Virus record (IMG/VR): IMGVR_UViG_3300037515_000096
Location: 1 to 40,994 of that record
Source: a virus
Lineage: Duplodnaviria > Caudoviricetes
Length of the DNA: 40,994 nt
Direction: 5' to 3' (one strand)
Made by a program: the position numbers and the translations under genes. The notes beneath the pieces are model-generated. The model searched no databases. It saw only the letters and a program-made list of their open reading frames with translations, and was not told the origin of the DNA. Every line of letters begins with the position of its first letter. Within the stretch, counting starts at the first letter, position 1. Positions 25,788-34,232 of the stretch are shown here, one piece after another.

Positions 25788-26399
25788 ATGCGGGTACTTA
25801 TCCAGTGGGCGAAGGCCACACCGGACGGCTGGACCGAACACGAGATCAGCCGAGTGCAGGACTGGCGGTCGCTGCCGTCCAAACCGCTGCCCGCCTCTCC
25901 GGACGAGCCAGTAGACAACAATCCTGGCTGGATCAACGCCATGTGTATCCAGGGTGTCGTTTTCACGAAGGCGGACCGATACTCGATTCAAGGCATGCCG
26001 GGCGGGGGTTTGCAAGTTTGGATGTGGTACGACTCACCTGTTGATTATCCACCGGGAGAGCGCGCTGGAGCGGTCTGGACATTTCTCGATCCTGCTCCTG
26101 ATGTAACCTTGCCAATTACTGCGGAGTGGGCGCTGGAGCATCCTGATATACCTACTGGTCAGATCGGTGACTTGTGGTACAGGATCAACACCAGGCAGTC
26201 GTGCCAGTGGTATGCGGAAGCTGGCTCAATTGTAGCGGCAAACATGGACGAAGCCGAAGTGCTATATCTGCCATGGTCGCAATTTCCAGTTCCAGCGGCT
26301 AACACGCAACGGTTCGGGAAGTGGTTGACGTACGAGCAGTTCGATGAGCACGTCAACAACATATTGCCGCTACCAGGCTGGCGGGAGTGGGTTGTATGA
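25788..26399 (+). CDS. Trp/Pro-rich hypothetical protein
   Basis: Purine-rich RBS before ATG 25788; ATGA coupling to next gene. Confidence 0.7.
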   Translation: MRVLIQWAKATPDGWTEHEISRVQDWRSLPSKPLPASPDEPVDNNPGWINAMCIQGVVFTKADRYSIQGMPGGGLQVWMWYDSPVDYPPGERAGAVWTFLDPAPDVTLPITAEWALEHPDIPTGQIGDLWYRINTRQSCQWYAEAGSIVAANMDEAEVLYLPWSQFPVPAANTQRFGKWLTYEQFDEHVNNILPLPGWREWVV

Positions 26400-27778
26400 C
26401 ACGCTTCTACCACACTGATGTTGATGCCGCTGCTAGCTGGGCAACGTATGCTATAGAGAAGCAGGGCTCTTCTTCTCATACACCACAGGACACTGGTGGC
26501 AATTCGCACACTGATTCCATTCCGGCTGCGACAACTAACCAGGAGTCATTTCATTATTGGGCTGACGCTGAACAGCCGCACGATAACCTAGACTGGCCGA
26601 CGACCGGGTATGGCGCGTCGTTTGAAGTCTCGGCGATGGGGGCAAACTTAGTTTTCGGCCAGCCCTTCATGCTTAGGCTTACCCAGGACGGCAGCATCGC
26701 CCGTTCGTCGCTGCCGCTGTTCTCCCCGAGCGCCGGGACCGGGATCAAGACCCACACCGGCCAGAGTTGGGTGACCGTCAACGGCAACGGCAGCCGCCTG
26801 GTCACTGACACTTTGGCTTTCGCTATTAGAGTCACCAACTCAATAACCATGATGAACCCAGAAGACGTTTCAGTCTTCTTCAGCGATAGTCAATCATGGT
26901 TTGAGAACGTCAACTTCACCCCACCAGGTGGGACGCCGCAGGGGTCAGGAACCATTGGTGGAGTTGGGTCACTGTCAGGTGACGGGTTCACGGCCAAATC
27001 AGGATCAGGGAACATCACCGGCATCGGTGCAGTCTCGGGTGATGGACTGACCCAGCACAGCGGCTCTGGCTCTGTCTCCGCAGTTGGCTCGATCGACGGA
27101 GCTGGCGAGGTAACCAAATCCGGTTCAGGAGACGTGTCCGGCCTCGGCTCGGTAGCGGGTGACGGCTTTGCTGAGTCCTTTGTACCCAAGGGATCTGGTG
27201 TAATCACGGCTGTAGGGCTCCAGGAGGGCGCTGGAGCCACGAACACAGCAGGCTCGGGCTCTGTGTCCGGTGTCGGCCAGGTAACGGCTCAGGGAGCCGT
27301 ACAGCACGCCGGATCGGGCAGCCTGGTCTCTGTCGGCTCGCTTGTTGGTGACGGTTCCGCAGATCACTCTGGTTCAGGGTCGATCAACGGAGTAGGAGCT
27401 ACAACCGGCGAAGGCTTCATTGTCGCAACAGGTTCCGGTCAGGTCACCGGTATCGGTGCGGTACTTGGTGCTGGCCTTGCTCCTGGAGGGTTTGACCCTG
27501 CCAATCTGAGCGTCAATATCGTCTCAACCACGGCTCAGCTCTCTTGGGATGCCTCACCCACACCGGGTGTGGTGGATTACCTGGTCTTCCGGAGAACACC
27601 ACAGACAGGTCAGCCGTTCGATCCGAAGGTGGATACACCTGTAGCCACCGGTATCACAGTTACTTCTTATGATGACGAAAGCCTAGACACTGGAAATTAC
27701 GACTGGCAAGTGTTCGGTCGCATTCCTGGATCGGACGGTGATGATGCCTATGTGGGCGTTTATGAGAGTACGTATTAG
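26396..27778 (+). CDS. Gly/Ser 20-aa repeat fibre protein with C-terminal FN3-like domain
   Basis: About 9 xGSGxhxGhGxhxGxG repeats; PANLSV..LSWDAS..Y.V.R..Y.D..Y.WQV. Confidence 0.75.
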   Translation: MTRFYHTDVDAAASWATYAIEKQGSSSHTPQDTGGNSHTDSIPAATTNQESFHYWADAEQPHDNLDWPTTGYGASFEVSAMGANLVFGQPFMLRLTQDGSIARSSLPLFSPSAGTGIKTHTGQSWVTVNGNGSRLVTDTLAFAIRVTNSITMMNPEDVSVFFSDSQSWFENVNFTPPGGTPQGSGTIGGVGSLSGDGFTAKSGSGNITGIGAVSGDGLTQHSGSGSVSAVGSIDGAGEVTKSGSGDVSGLGSVAGDGFAESFVPKGSGVITAVGLQEGAGATNTAGSGSVSGVGQVTAQGAVQHAGSGSLVSVGSLVGDGSADHSGSGSINGVGATTGEGFIVATGSGQVTGIGAVLGAGLAPGGFDPANLSVNIVSTTAQLSWDASPTPGVVDYLVFRRTPQTGQPFDPKVDTPVATGITVTSYDDESLDTGNYDWQVFGRIPGSDGDDAYVGVYESTY

Positions 27779-27790
27779 GAGATAACCCAT

Positions 27791-28999
27791 ATGGCATATC
27801 CACTTCCGACAACTATCGAGGCAGATGTAACCACCGGCCACGCCGAAGACAGTGAAGCGGTCAACAAGAGATACAACTTCGAGGGACCAAAGGTACATGC
27901 CGACTTCGGTGCTGTAGGAGATTCAAACCATAACAACGGCGGCGGCACCGATGACACAACCGCAATCCAGAACGCGATTAATGCCGCCCACAGTAGCGGC
28001 GTTGGCCGGGTGATTATCGACAAGCCCGGCACGTACCGGATCACGAGCCCGCTCAAGATGCACACCGCAGCAGGAACAGGTGGGTCGATCAAACTGCTCG
28101 GCCTGGTCAAGCGGCAGGCTGATGGGCAGTGGGGTCCGTCGCTGGTGTGGGACGGTCCAACCGATGGCACACCACGGGCAATGCTGGACTATGACACAAC
28201 CAGCAGCAACGTTGGTGCTTCTCCAATCGATGGTGTTCGGCTGTTCGGGCAGTGGATTCAGAATGCATCTGCGATCCGCTACCGTAAGAAAGCGGATCTG
28301 GGCACGTTCCTGCATAACGTGTGGTTCGCTCGATGGCATGGCGACTCGATTATCTATGATGCTGGTACAACCAACGCCTATATCTACCACTGCCGGTGGG
28401 ACTCATGTATCGGCTACGCGATTCGGCTCACCTTCACATCTGGTGTTATCTTTGGCGTTAGCGATAGCACCTGGGTCTGCGACGATCTGGGCGGTTCTCC
28501 AGCCAGGGGATTTTTCCTCGCCGAACGAAGCGGCGCTGATGTCAACCTGTGTGGGTTCTTCAACTTCCACAACATCAACACCGAGGTACAGGCTGATCTT
28601 GCTGAAGAGGAAGCCGGTGGTACCGACCCTGCTGACCGAAGAGGAATCATTCATCTGCTGACCAATTCGTCGCATAACACCACGCAGCAGTTTGTGGAGT
28701 TCAGTGGTATGAAGATGGATACAGCCTCAAACCGTGCTTCTTACTCGCTGTTCCTGGCTCGGGGTGATGGTACCTCTGCTCAACGTGGACGACGGATTAT
28801 CTTGGTTGGAAATCAACTGCGAGGTACCAACGGAGATGGTAGCGCCGCCACGGGGCACCGAATTCCACTAGGAAACATCGCGTCGGCAATGAAGTCGGCT
28901 GCGGGTGACAACTTCGCTGTGTTCGAGCACAAACCACAGAACACCGAGATAGCTGCAAATCAGCGGGCGATCACCCACGTCTACACTGGCACCGACTAG
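27791..28999 (+). CDS. pectate-lyase-like beta-helix protein (tailspike / depolymerase candidate)
   Basis: DFGAVGD..TDDTTAIQNAINAA..PGTYRITSPL. Confidence 0.82.
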   Translation: MAYPLPTTIEADVTTGHAEDSEAVNKRYNFEGPKVHADFGAVGDSNHNNGGGTDDTTAIQNAINAAHSSGVGRVIIDKPGTYRITSPLKMHTAAGTGGSIKLLGLVKRQADGQWGPSLVWDGPTDGTPRAMLDYDTTSSNVGASPIDGVRLFGQWIQNASAIRYRKKADLGTFLHNVWFARWHGDSIIYDAGTTNAYIYHCRWDSCIGYAIRLTFTSGVIFGVSDSTWVCDDLGGSPARGFFLAERSGADVNLCGFFNFHNINTEVQADLAEEEAGGTDPADRRGIIHLLTNSSHNTTQQFVEFSGMKMDTASNRASYSLFLARGDGTSAQRGRRIILVGNQLRGTNGDGSAATGHRIPLGNIASAMKSAAGDNFAVFEHKPQNTEIAANQRAITHVYTGTD

Positions 29000-29002
29000 C
29001 TA

Positions 29003-29275
29003 ATGCTGGAGATCAAGTCCTGGCGGATCTACTATGCAGATGGTAGTACGTTCACATCCCAAGATGGGTCATGGGCGGATGCTCCTGCATTTGGAGTTGA
29101 GTGTGTCGTCTACTACCACATCCCACCGTACAAAACGTTGCAGATCGAAGCCAACGACCCTGGCGTCTATGTGTACCAAGGATCGGAAGACTACGAGGGC
29201 ATCAAGATGGGGTTGTGGATGGACTCGGAGGGCTATTACCGGATCATAGATTCCGCAGGTAGGAGTGAGCCATGA
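29003..29275 (+). CDS. hypothetical protein
   Basis: Aromatic-rich 90 aa; ATGA coupling to next gene. Confidence 0.75.
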   Translation: MLEIKSWRIYYADGSTFTSQDGSWADAPAFGVECVVYYHIPPYKTLQIEANDPGVYVYQGSEDYEGIKMGLWMDSEGYYRIIDSAGRSEP

Positions 29276-30954
29276 CCACCACTTACAGGCGCACTAATAC
29301 TAACTCGGAACTGCCTGCTGGTCAGGACTTCACCAAAGCGATCCTTGATCCTGCGGAAGACACAACCGGAAGCGCGGATGTAACCCTCGCGGCTGAGGAG
29401 ACCAGGAACTCCTTCGGTTACACCGCAGCAGGAGACCCCGGTGCTAATGGTGTTACCGGCGATTACACCGTCGAGATGGAAGTCATCACAGGTGACACCA
29501 ACGTCCAGTTGTCGTGTGCGGTGGCACGAGTCAATTCGTCTGGCACTGAGCAGGCTATCTCCGCGTTCGCTGCCGAGATACCGGCATCAGCCGGGACGCA
29601 TGTTTTCAACTTCACGGCAGAAAATCTAGGAACCTGGGCTGCCGGTGACCGGCTACGTGTCACCTACCGTTACCGCAACTCCCACACGCACTCCGGGCGA
29701 GTTATCAGCGTCAACCACGGTGGTGCCAACAACGAAGTTATAGCTCCATGGGAGGCCGCAGCACCACCCAATTCCGGCTCCGGAACTGTCTCCGGTATCG
29801 GCTCGGGATTAGGTGATGGACTGGCACTCCGGTCCGGATCAGGTGACATCACATCCGTAGCACAGCTCAGCGCTGATGGACTTGTGTCAACATCTGGCTC
29901 CGGTCAAGCTTCGGGCATCGGCCAAGCTATTGGTTCTGGTCTCACACCAGATACATACACGTCCGGCTCTGATGTCGTACAGGCATCAGTCGGCACGGTG
30001 GTGCCTTCCGGTTCTGGAACGGTATCCGGCATCGGATCGGTCGCAGCCGATGGCTCGATTGTCACATCCGGTTCCGGCGACGTGTCGGCTATCGGATCGT
30101 TGATCGGTGACGGCCTTGCCGTTCATTCTGGCTCCAGTGACGTTACGGGAGTCGGCTCACTATCCGGCCAGGGGTTTGCACCCACAGTCGGTGGCGCTGC
30201 CGGTTCCGGCTCAGTCACAGGCGTCGGTGCTGTAGACGGCTCAGGAGCGACGAACAAAGCCGGATCAGGTGACGTTACCGGCGTAGCTACCACAGACGCT
30301 CAGGGAGCTACACAGCGCTCCGGAGCGGGCCACGTATCCGCACTCGGAATACTGTCCGGCCAAGGTAACTCCTCCGGTGGCGGATCAGGAACGATCTCTG
30401 CGATCGGCACCGTAACAGGTGATGGCCAAATCTCCGTAGCAGGCTCCGGAGACATCACCGGTGTCGGACTCGTGTCCGGCGACGGTTCGATCGATGTCGC
30501 AGGGTTTGGATCGATCACAGCGGTCGGCACCGTCCAAGGCGACGGGTTCACACCCGAGGTTGCTGGCGCAGGTGGCTCTGGATCAATCGGTGCTGTCGGC
30601 ACCCTGAGTGGTGAGGGTTACACCCTTCCTCTCGGATCTCCAGTCCTAACTGGTCTGGGCTTGGTCGAAGGCGATGCTTTCGTTATCAGGTCGGGTTCCG
30701 GCGATGTTATCGGAGTCGGTGTTGTCACCGGAGAAGCACACACCACGCACAGCGGCTCTGGATCGATATCCGGAGTTTCGATCATCCAGGGTGACGGGCT
30801 TGAGATCGGTCTTCCAACTATCCTCCTGGAGCCAGTGATCACAAGGATCACGTCATCCCCTGTTATAACCAAGGCGAATGTCGAGGTTGTTACAAGAATT
30901 CCCGAGCTTGGGATAGAGACCCAAGTCGTGCTGCTTGGTGGTGAGGAGAGCTGA
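29272..30954 (+). CDS. second Gly/Ser 20-aa repeat fibre protein
   Basis: AGGAG RBS; about 16 repeats of the same unit after a 160-aa head domain. Confidence 0.78.
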   Translation: MTTTYRRTNTNSELPAGQDFTKAILDPAEDTTGSADVTLAAEETRNSFGYTAAGDPGANGVTGDYTVEMEVITGDTNVQLSCAVARVNSSGTEQAISAFAAEIPASAGTHVFNFTAENLGTWAAGDRLRVTYRYRNSHTHSGRVISVNHGGANNEVIAPWEAAAPPNSGSGTVSGIGSGLGDGLALRSGSGDITSVAQLSADGLVSTSGSGQASGIGQAIGSGLTPDTYTSGSDVVQASVGTVVPSGSGTVSGIGSVAADGSIVTSGSGDVSAIGSLIGDGLAVHSGSSDVTGVGSLSGQGFAPTVGGAAGSGSVTGVGAVDGSGATNKAGSGDVTGVATTDAQGATQRSGAGHVSALGILSGQGNSSGGGSGTISAIGTVTGDGQISVAGSGDITGVGLVSGDGSIDVAGFGSITAVGTVQGDGFTPEVAGAGGSGSIGAVGTLSGEGYTLPLGSPVLTGLGLVEGDAFVIRSGSGDVIGVGVVTGEAHTTHSGSGSISGVSIIQGDGLEIGLPTILLEPVITRITSSPVITKANVEVVTRIPELGIETQVVLLGGEES

Positions 30955-31322
30955 TGGCGCACAGTCTACATTTGACCACTCAGAAATATCCCCGAATCCT
31001 AGGACGACATACCAGGGTTCGAGTCCCTTTCTCGTGGGAGATCAATAGTGAAGTGGTGGACCTTGAATCCGATGGCTACACAGTTCGTGTGTGGGTAGGT
31101 CAGGTCGATGGAACTACTTCAGGACCGTTCTCAACAACGGTCAACGGAACGATAGCTGAGTACAACCTGAAACTGGCAGATCTGGAAACAGCCTCTCCGA
31201 CGCAAGTCGAGAACGTGCTTATCACAGCGGTAGCCGAGAACGGCACCCACACGCTGGTCTCTGACTCCCGTGAGATCAAAGTAGGCGATTGGCCAGGCGC
31301 TGACGACTACGAACCTCTGTAA
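30954..31322 (+). CDS. beta-sandwich-like virion accessory protein
   Basis: GAGGAG RBS, TGATG coupling; last gene of the + arm. Confidence 0.65.
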   Translation: MAHSLHLTTQKYPRILGRHTRVRVPFSWEINSEVVDLESDGYTVRVWVGQVDGTTSGPFSTTVNGTIAEYNLKLADLETASPTQVENVLITAVAENGTHTLVSDSREIKVGDWPGADDYEPL

Positions 31323-31353
31323 GCAAACCTACGAAGATCAATTTCTAGACAAC

Positions 31354-31412
31354 AAAAAACCCCCAGACTTGGGCGGGACCGTTATGGTCCTACTCAGGTC
31401 TGGGGGCTCTTT
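31354..31412. terminator. bidirectional terminator between the convergent arms
   Basis: A run, CCCCCAGACTTGGGCGGGACC-GTTAT-GGTCCTACTCAGGTCTGGGGG, CTCTTT. Confidence 0.85.
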
Positions 31413-31427
31413 GCGTTGCGCCGTCGA

Positions 31428-31760
31428 TCAGGACGGATGAGCTGCTTCGAACTTCGAGACGATCTCGTTGGGCACACGGCCACGGTCTGGGACCGAGAAG
31501 CCATGGCTCCGTGCCCACTCGCGGATGGCTTTGGTGCTCGGGCCAGCCGGACGGACGCTGGTGCGCCGGACTCCACGACCACGGGTGGCTGTCTTGCGAG
31601 CCGCCTCGGTGTACTTGGACAGAGCCTTCCGAAAGGCTGTCCCCTCCTTCTTCGTCAGGTCGATCTCGTAGTCGGCTCCGTCGAGGGCGAACGAAACGGT
31701 CTCCGCGTCCTCATCGCCGGACAGATCCGAGACAAACTTGACGATCTCCTGTCGCGCCAT
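31428..31760 (-). CDS. lsr2: Lsr2 nucleoid-associated protein
   Basis: SDLSG, TVSFALDGADYEIDL, IREWARSHG..V..RGRVP; GAAGGGAG RBS before ATG 31760. Confidence 0.95.
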   Translation of the reverse strand: MARQEIVKFVSDLSGDEDAETVSFALDGADYEIDLTKKEGTAFRKALSKYTEAARKTATRGRGVRRTSVRPAGPSTKAIREWARSHGFSVPDRGRVPNEIVSKFEAAHPS

Positions 31761-31951
31761 TGTTGCTCCCTTCGTAGACGGCACGATCATCAACAGTTGC
31801 TTCTCGACTTCACTCAGCTGGGTAGAGCCCTCGGCTACTACCCAGTGCGAGTGAGGTTCCGTCGATCCACAACACTTCCTCACGCCGTCAAGGAAAGCAT
31901 AGTTCCAAGTGACAAGTCAAATCGAACGGCCTATCGATTGGAGTTTCTTTG

Positions 31952-32024
31952 TTCCCCCGGTGGGACTCGAACCCACGACTCTCCGGTTAAAAGCCGGAAG
32001 CTCTGCCAACTGAGCTACGGAGGA
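31952..32024 (-). tRNA. tRNA-Lys(TTT)
   Basis: Reverse complement TCCTCCG TA GCTC AGTTGGCA GAGC T TCCGG CTTTTAA CCGGA GAGTC GTGGG TTCGAGT CCCAC CGGGGGA A. Confidence 0.92.
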
Positions 32025-32082
32025 GAGCCACTGAGAAGCCACAGAATGGCTCAGGACGGCCTGACAGCGCTCGCCGGTACTA

Positions 32083-32107
32083 GGTGTCCAAGTAGCACCT
32101 TCAAGGC
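32083..32107 (-). repeat. 25-bp intergenic motif, copy B
   Basis: Reverse complement GCCTTGAAGGTGCTACTTGGACACC. Confidence 0.7.
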
Positions 32108-32118
32108 CGCAGAGAGCC

Positions 32119-32349
32119 CTACAGGATTGGCTCAGGGTTTCGCGGGTCCAGCACGTATACGCCTTTGCCCTGGAGTGGCTGGACCCAGCCTCCGATCCGA
32201 AGCTCTACGATCGCACGCCGGACGGTCTGATGAGTGACGCCGTACTTCTTTGTCATCTCAGACTCGCTCGGCAGCGTGCTCCCAGGAGGGAACACACCGC
32301 TGATGATCTGATCCTTCAGGTCGTTGTAGATGTGCTGCCACTTGTGCAT
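32119..32349 (-). CDS. GntR-family winged HTH protein (DNA-binding domain only)
   Basis: I..G...PGSTLPSESEM...YGV...TVRRAI..L......QGKGVYV; TGATG coupling. Confidence 0.9.
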   Translation of the reverse strand: MHKWQHIYNDLKDQIISGVFPPGSTLPSESEMTKKYGVTHQTVRRAIVELRIGGWVQPLQGKGVYVLDPRNPEPIL

Positions 32350-32852
32350 CACTCCGACAACCTCCAGTCGCCACACCCATCGGTCTCGAAAGCCCGGTCG
32401 CCGTTCTTGATCTCCACGGATGTTGCAGCGGAACCTAGGTAGTTGGCTATGACATCTTCGGACTCCCCACCCAGGCCGGACAGCCTAGCCCAGTAGCAGT
32501 CATCCTCGGACTCGCCCTGTGCTCGGTAGGTTCCCGGAGCTATGTCCTCGCCCACCAACCAGATCCCGTTACCGGGGATGGAGCCCTCTTCGATCTCTCG
32601 CTCAACCTCTCGGATCTCAGAGGCACGATCATCCAGACGGTCCTTCCGACTGGATAGACGATCTGCCTCTTCCTGTAGGGCTTCCTCGCGAGCGTCGAAG
32701 GCTGCCATAGGTACGCCTGTACCGGCATCCGGCGTGGCCGAATCCCGACCATCGTAGAACCCAACGGCGTAGCTGACGATAAGAGTAGCTAAGAGTCCAG
32801 CTACCCAGAACCGGTTGTGGTTGGCTTCTCTCCAATGCTGCATGGTTATCAC
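32349..32852 (-). CDS. membrane-anchored exported protein
   Basis: N-terminal TM, coiled coil, GIWLVGEDIAPGTY..CYWARL..GCGDW domain. Confidence 0.8.
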   Translation of the reverse strand: MITMQHWREANHNRFWVAGLLATLIVSYAVGFYDGRDSATPDAGTGVPMAAFDAREEALQEEADRLSSRKDRLDDRASEIREVEREIEEGSIPGNGIWLVGEDIAPGTYRAQGESEDDCYWARLSGLGGESEDVIANYLGSAATSVEIKNGDRAFETDGCGDWRLSE

Positions 32853-33262
32853 TCAGCTATCCCCTCACATGTGACTATGGCGTAGCCACCCTTTGATTCG
32901 TTCTCCGAGATCACTACGCCATCTACAGTGATACGGCATGAGATCGTTCCATGGCTACGATTGTTCTGTGCCAGAATGTAAACGAACTCGCCACGAGAGA
33001 AGAGAACTTCGAGGCCAGCCTCACCTGTCTTGCGTGCCATGGGGATATCAGGGCTGACCTGCTCAGTCCCCGTAGGGGTAGCGACCGTGACATCAGCATA
33101 GTCGGTTGTGCCTTCGACCTCGTACAGCACTTGGGCCTTCGATGGCGTACTGAACGGTAGCTCGGATGTCTCGTTAGCAACAACATCGGTCGGCGTGCTG
33201 GTGTTACAAGCCGCGACAAACACAACCGCAAGGATGGCTGTCAGTACAGCTTTGGCTCTCAT
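32849..33262 (-). CDS. lipoprotein, MmpS-like domain
   Basis: Lipobox VAAC; VLYEVEG...ISCRITVDG...VTC. Confidence 0.78.
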   Translation of the reverse strand: MRAKAVLTAILAVVFVAACNTSTPTDVVANETSELPFSTPSKAQVLYEVEGTTDYADVTVATPTGTEQVSPDIPMARKTGEAGLEVLFSRGEFVYILAQNNRSHGTISCRITVDGVVISENESKGGYAIVTCEGIAE

Positions 33263-33370
33263 CGGTGTTCTCCTCCCTTTTTACTCGTTTCCGTTTAGGT
33301 TAGCAGTTTTCCGAAACGTAGTCACTTCCAGCCGCGCTCGGCGATCTTTACTGCTCTGGTCATATAAGGG

Positions 33371-33407
33371 AAACGGGGTGCCACTCCCCTTAAGAAGCGA
33401 CACCCCG
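33371..33407 (-). terminator. intrinsic terminator after the nuclease gene
   Basis: Minus strand CGGGGTGTCGCTTCT...GGGAGTGGCACCCCG then TTT. Confidence 0.75.
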
Positions 33408-33430
33408 CACCTCCCCGGCTTGTGTTGTTG

Positions 33431-34231
33431 CTAGAACTGCATGCGGCGGCGTAGCCAGAACAAACCGGCACCGGCTGTGGTCAGCAGGATGCCGATGATC
33501 CCGACCGGAAGCAGTGGGCTGCCGCTTTCTGTCTTGGGAGCGGATCCCAGCCCTGCCGGAAGGGAGGTTGGAACTGCGACTACGGACTCCAGATCCTCCT
33601 TGACTTCTGCGTCATCGCACACATGCGCTGTGGACTCATCGGCGGCGATGTACTCGGTCTCTCGGTCGTGCTCTCCGTAACCGTCTCGGGAGTCATATCG
33701 TGCGACCGCTAGCCCCTCATCGATCAAGGCCAGTCCTGTGTCCGTTCCGTTCTCCAAATCAACGTAGCGGAGCAGCCGGTCGTACTTATCCTGATCATCC
33801 CTTGCGCCTGCGGTGAGTGTGACTTCCTCGCCCTCAGCCAGATCGGTCAAGAAGTCGGTGGCTCGGTTGAATCCGCACTCCCCGCGCTCGGGTGTGTCGA
33901 TGCCGATGTAGCGAATCCGTTCTTCCACGTCGCCGCGAGTTACGTCGATCGTGTCGCCATCTACGACGTTGGTGACGGTCCACGTCTCGGTTTCATCCTT
34001 CGGTGTCTCGGCCTCGAAGATGTCCTTCTGGGTGAAGTTGTGCGTGGACTGGCAGGCGAAGCCGTCGTCATTAGCATCGTAGACGTTCCACTCGTCTAGG
34101 TTCTCTACGAGGAACGCCTTGATCTCCTCGAATGGCTCAGTGCAGTTCGGACCGTGATTCGCACTAGCAATGGGAGTGCTTACGAGAAGAAACCCGAGGA
34201 TCGATAGTGCGCTTACGATGATCCGTCTCAT
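33431..34231 (-). CDS. secreted thermonuclease (SNase) with Excalibur-like N-domain and C-terminal sorting signal / TM anchor
   Basis: Signal peptide ending ASA; PNC..DANDDGFAC; VVDGDTI, RYIGIDTPE, DKYDRLLRYV; PTSLPAG, TM, RRR. Confidence 0.9.
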   Translation of the reverse strand: MRRIIVSALSILGFLLVSTPIASANHGPNCTEPFEEIKAFLVENLDEWNVYDANDDGFACQSTHNFTQKDIFEAETPKDETETWTVTNVVDGDTIDVTRGDVEERIRYIGIDTPERGECGFNRATDFLTDLAEGEEVTLTAGARDDQDKYDRLLRYVDLENGTDTGLALIDEGLAVARYDSRDGYGEHDRETEYIAADESTAHVCDDAEVKEDLESVVAVPTSLPAGLGSAPKTESGSPLLPVGIIGILLTTAGAGLFWLRRRMQF

Positions 34232-34232
34232 G

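Noticed and set aside
26930-30800. Gly/Ser repeats considered as CRISPR array, DGR template/variable repeats or collagen
   Set aside because: Repeats are degenerate at DNA level, in-frame and not Gly-X-Y; no cas or reverse transcriptase genes seen.
31952-32024. tRNA as attachment site / prophage boundary
   Set aside because: No integrase or duplicated tRNA 3' end in the window; phage-type genes continue on both sides.
31416-32237. 273-aa + strand ORF
   Set aside because: Overlaps lsr2, tRNA-Lys and GntR on the opposite strand; protein looks random.
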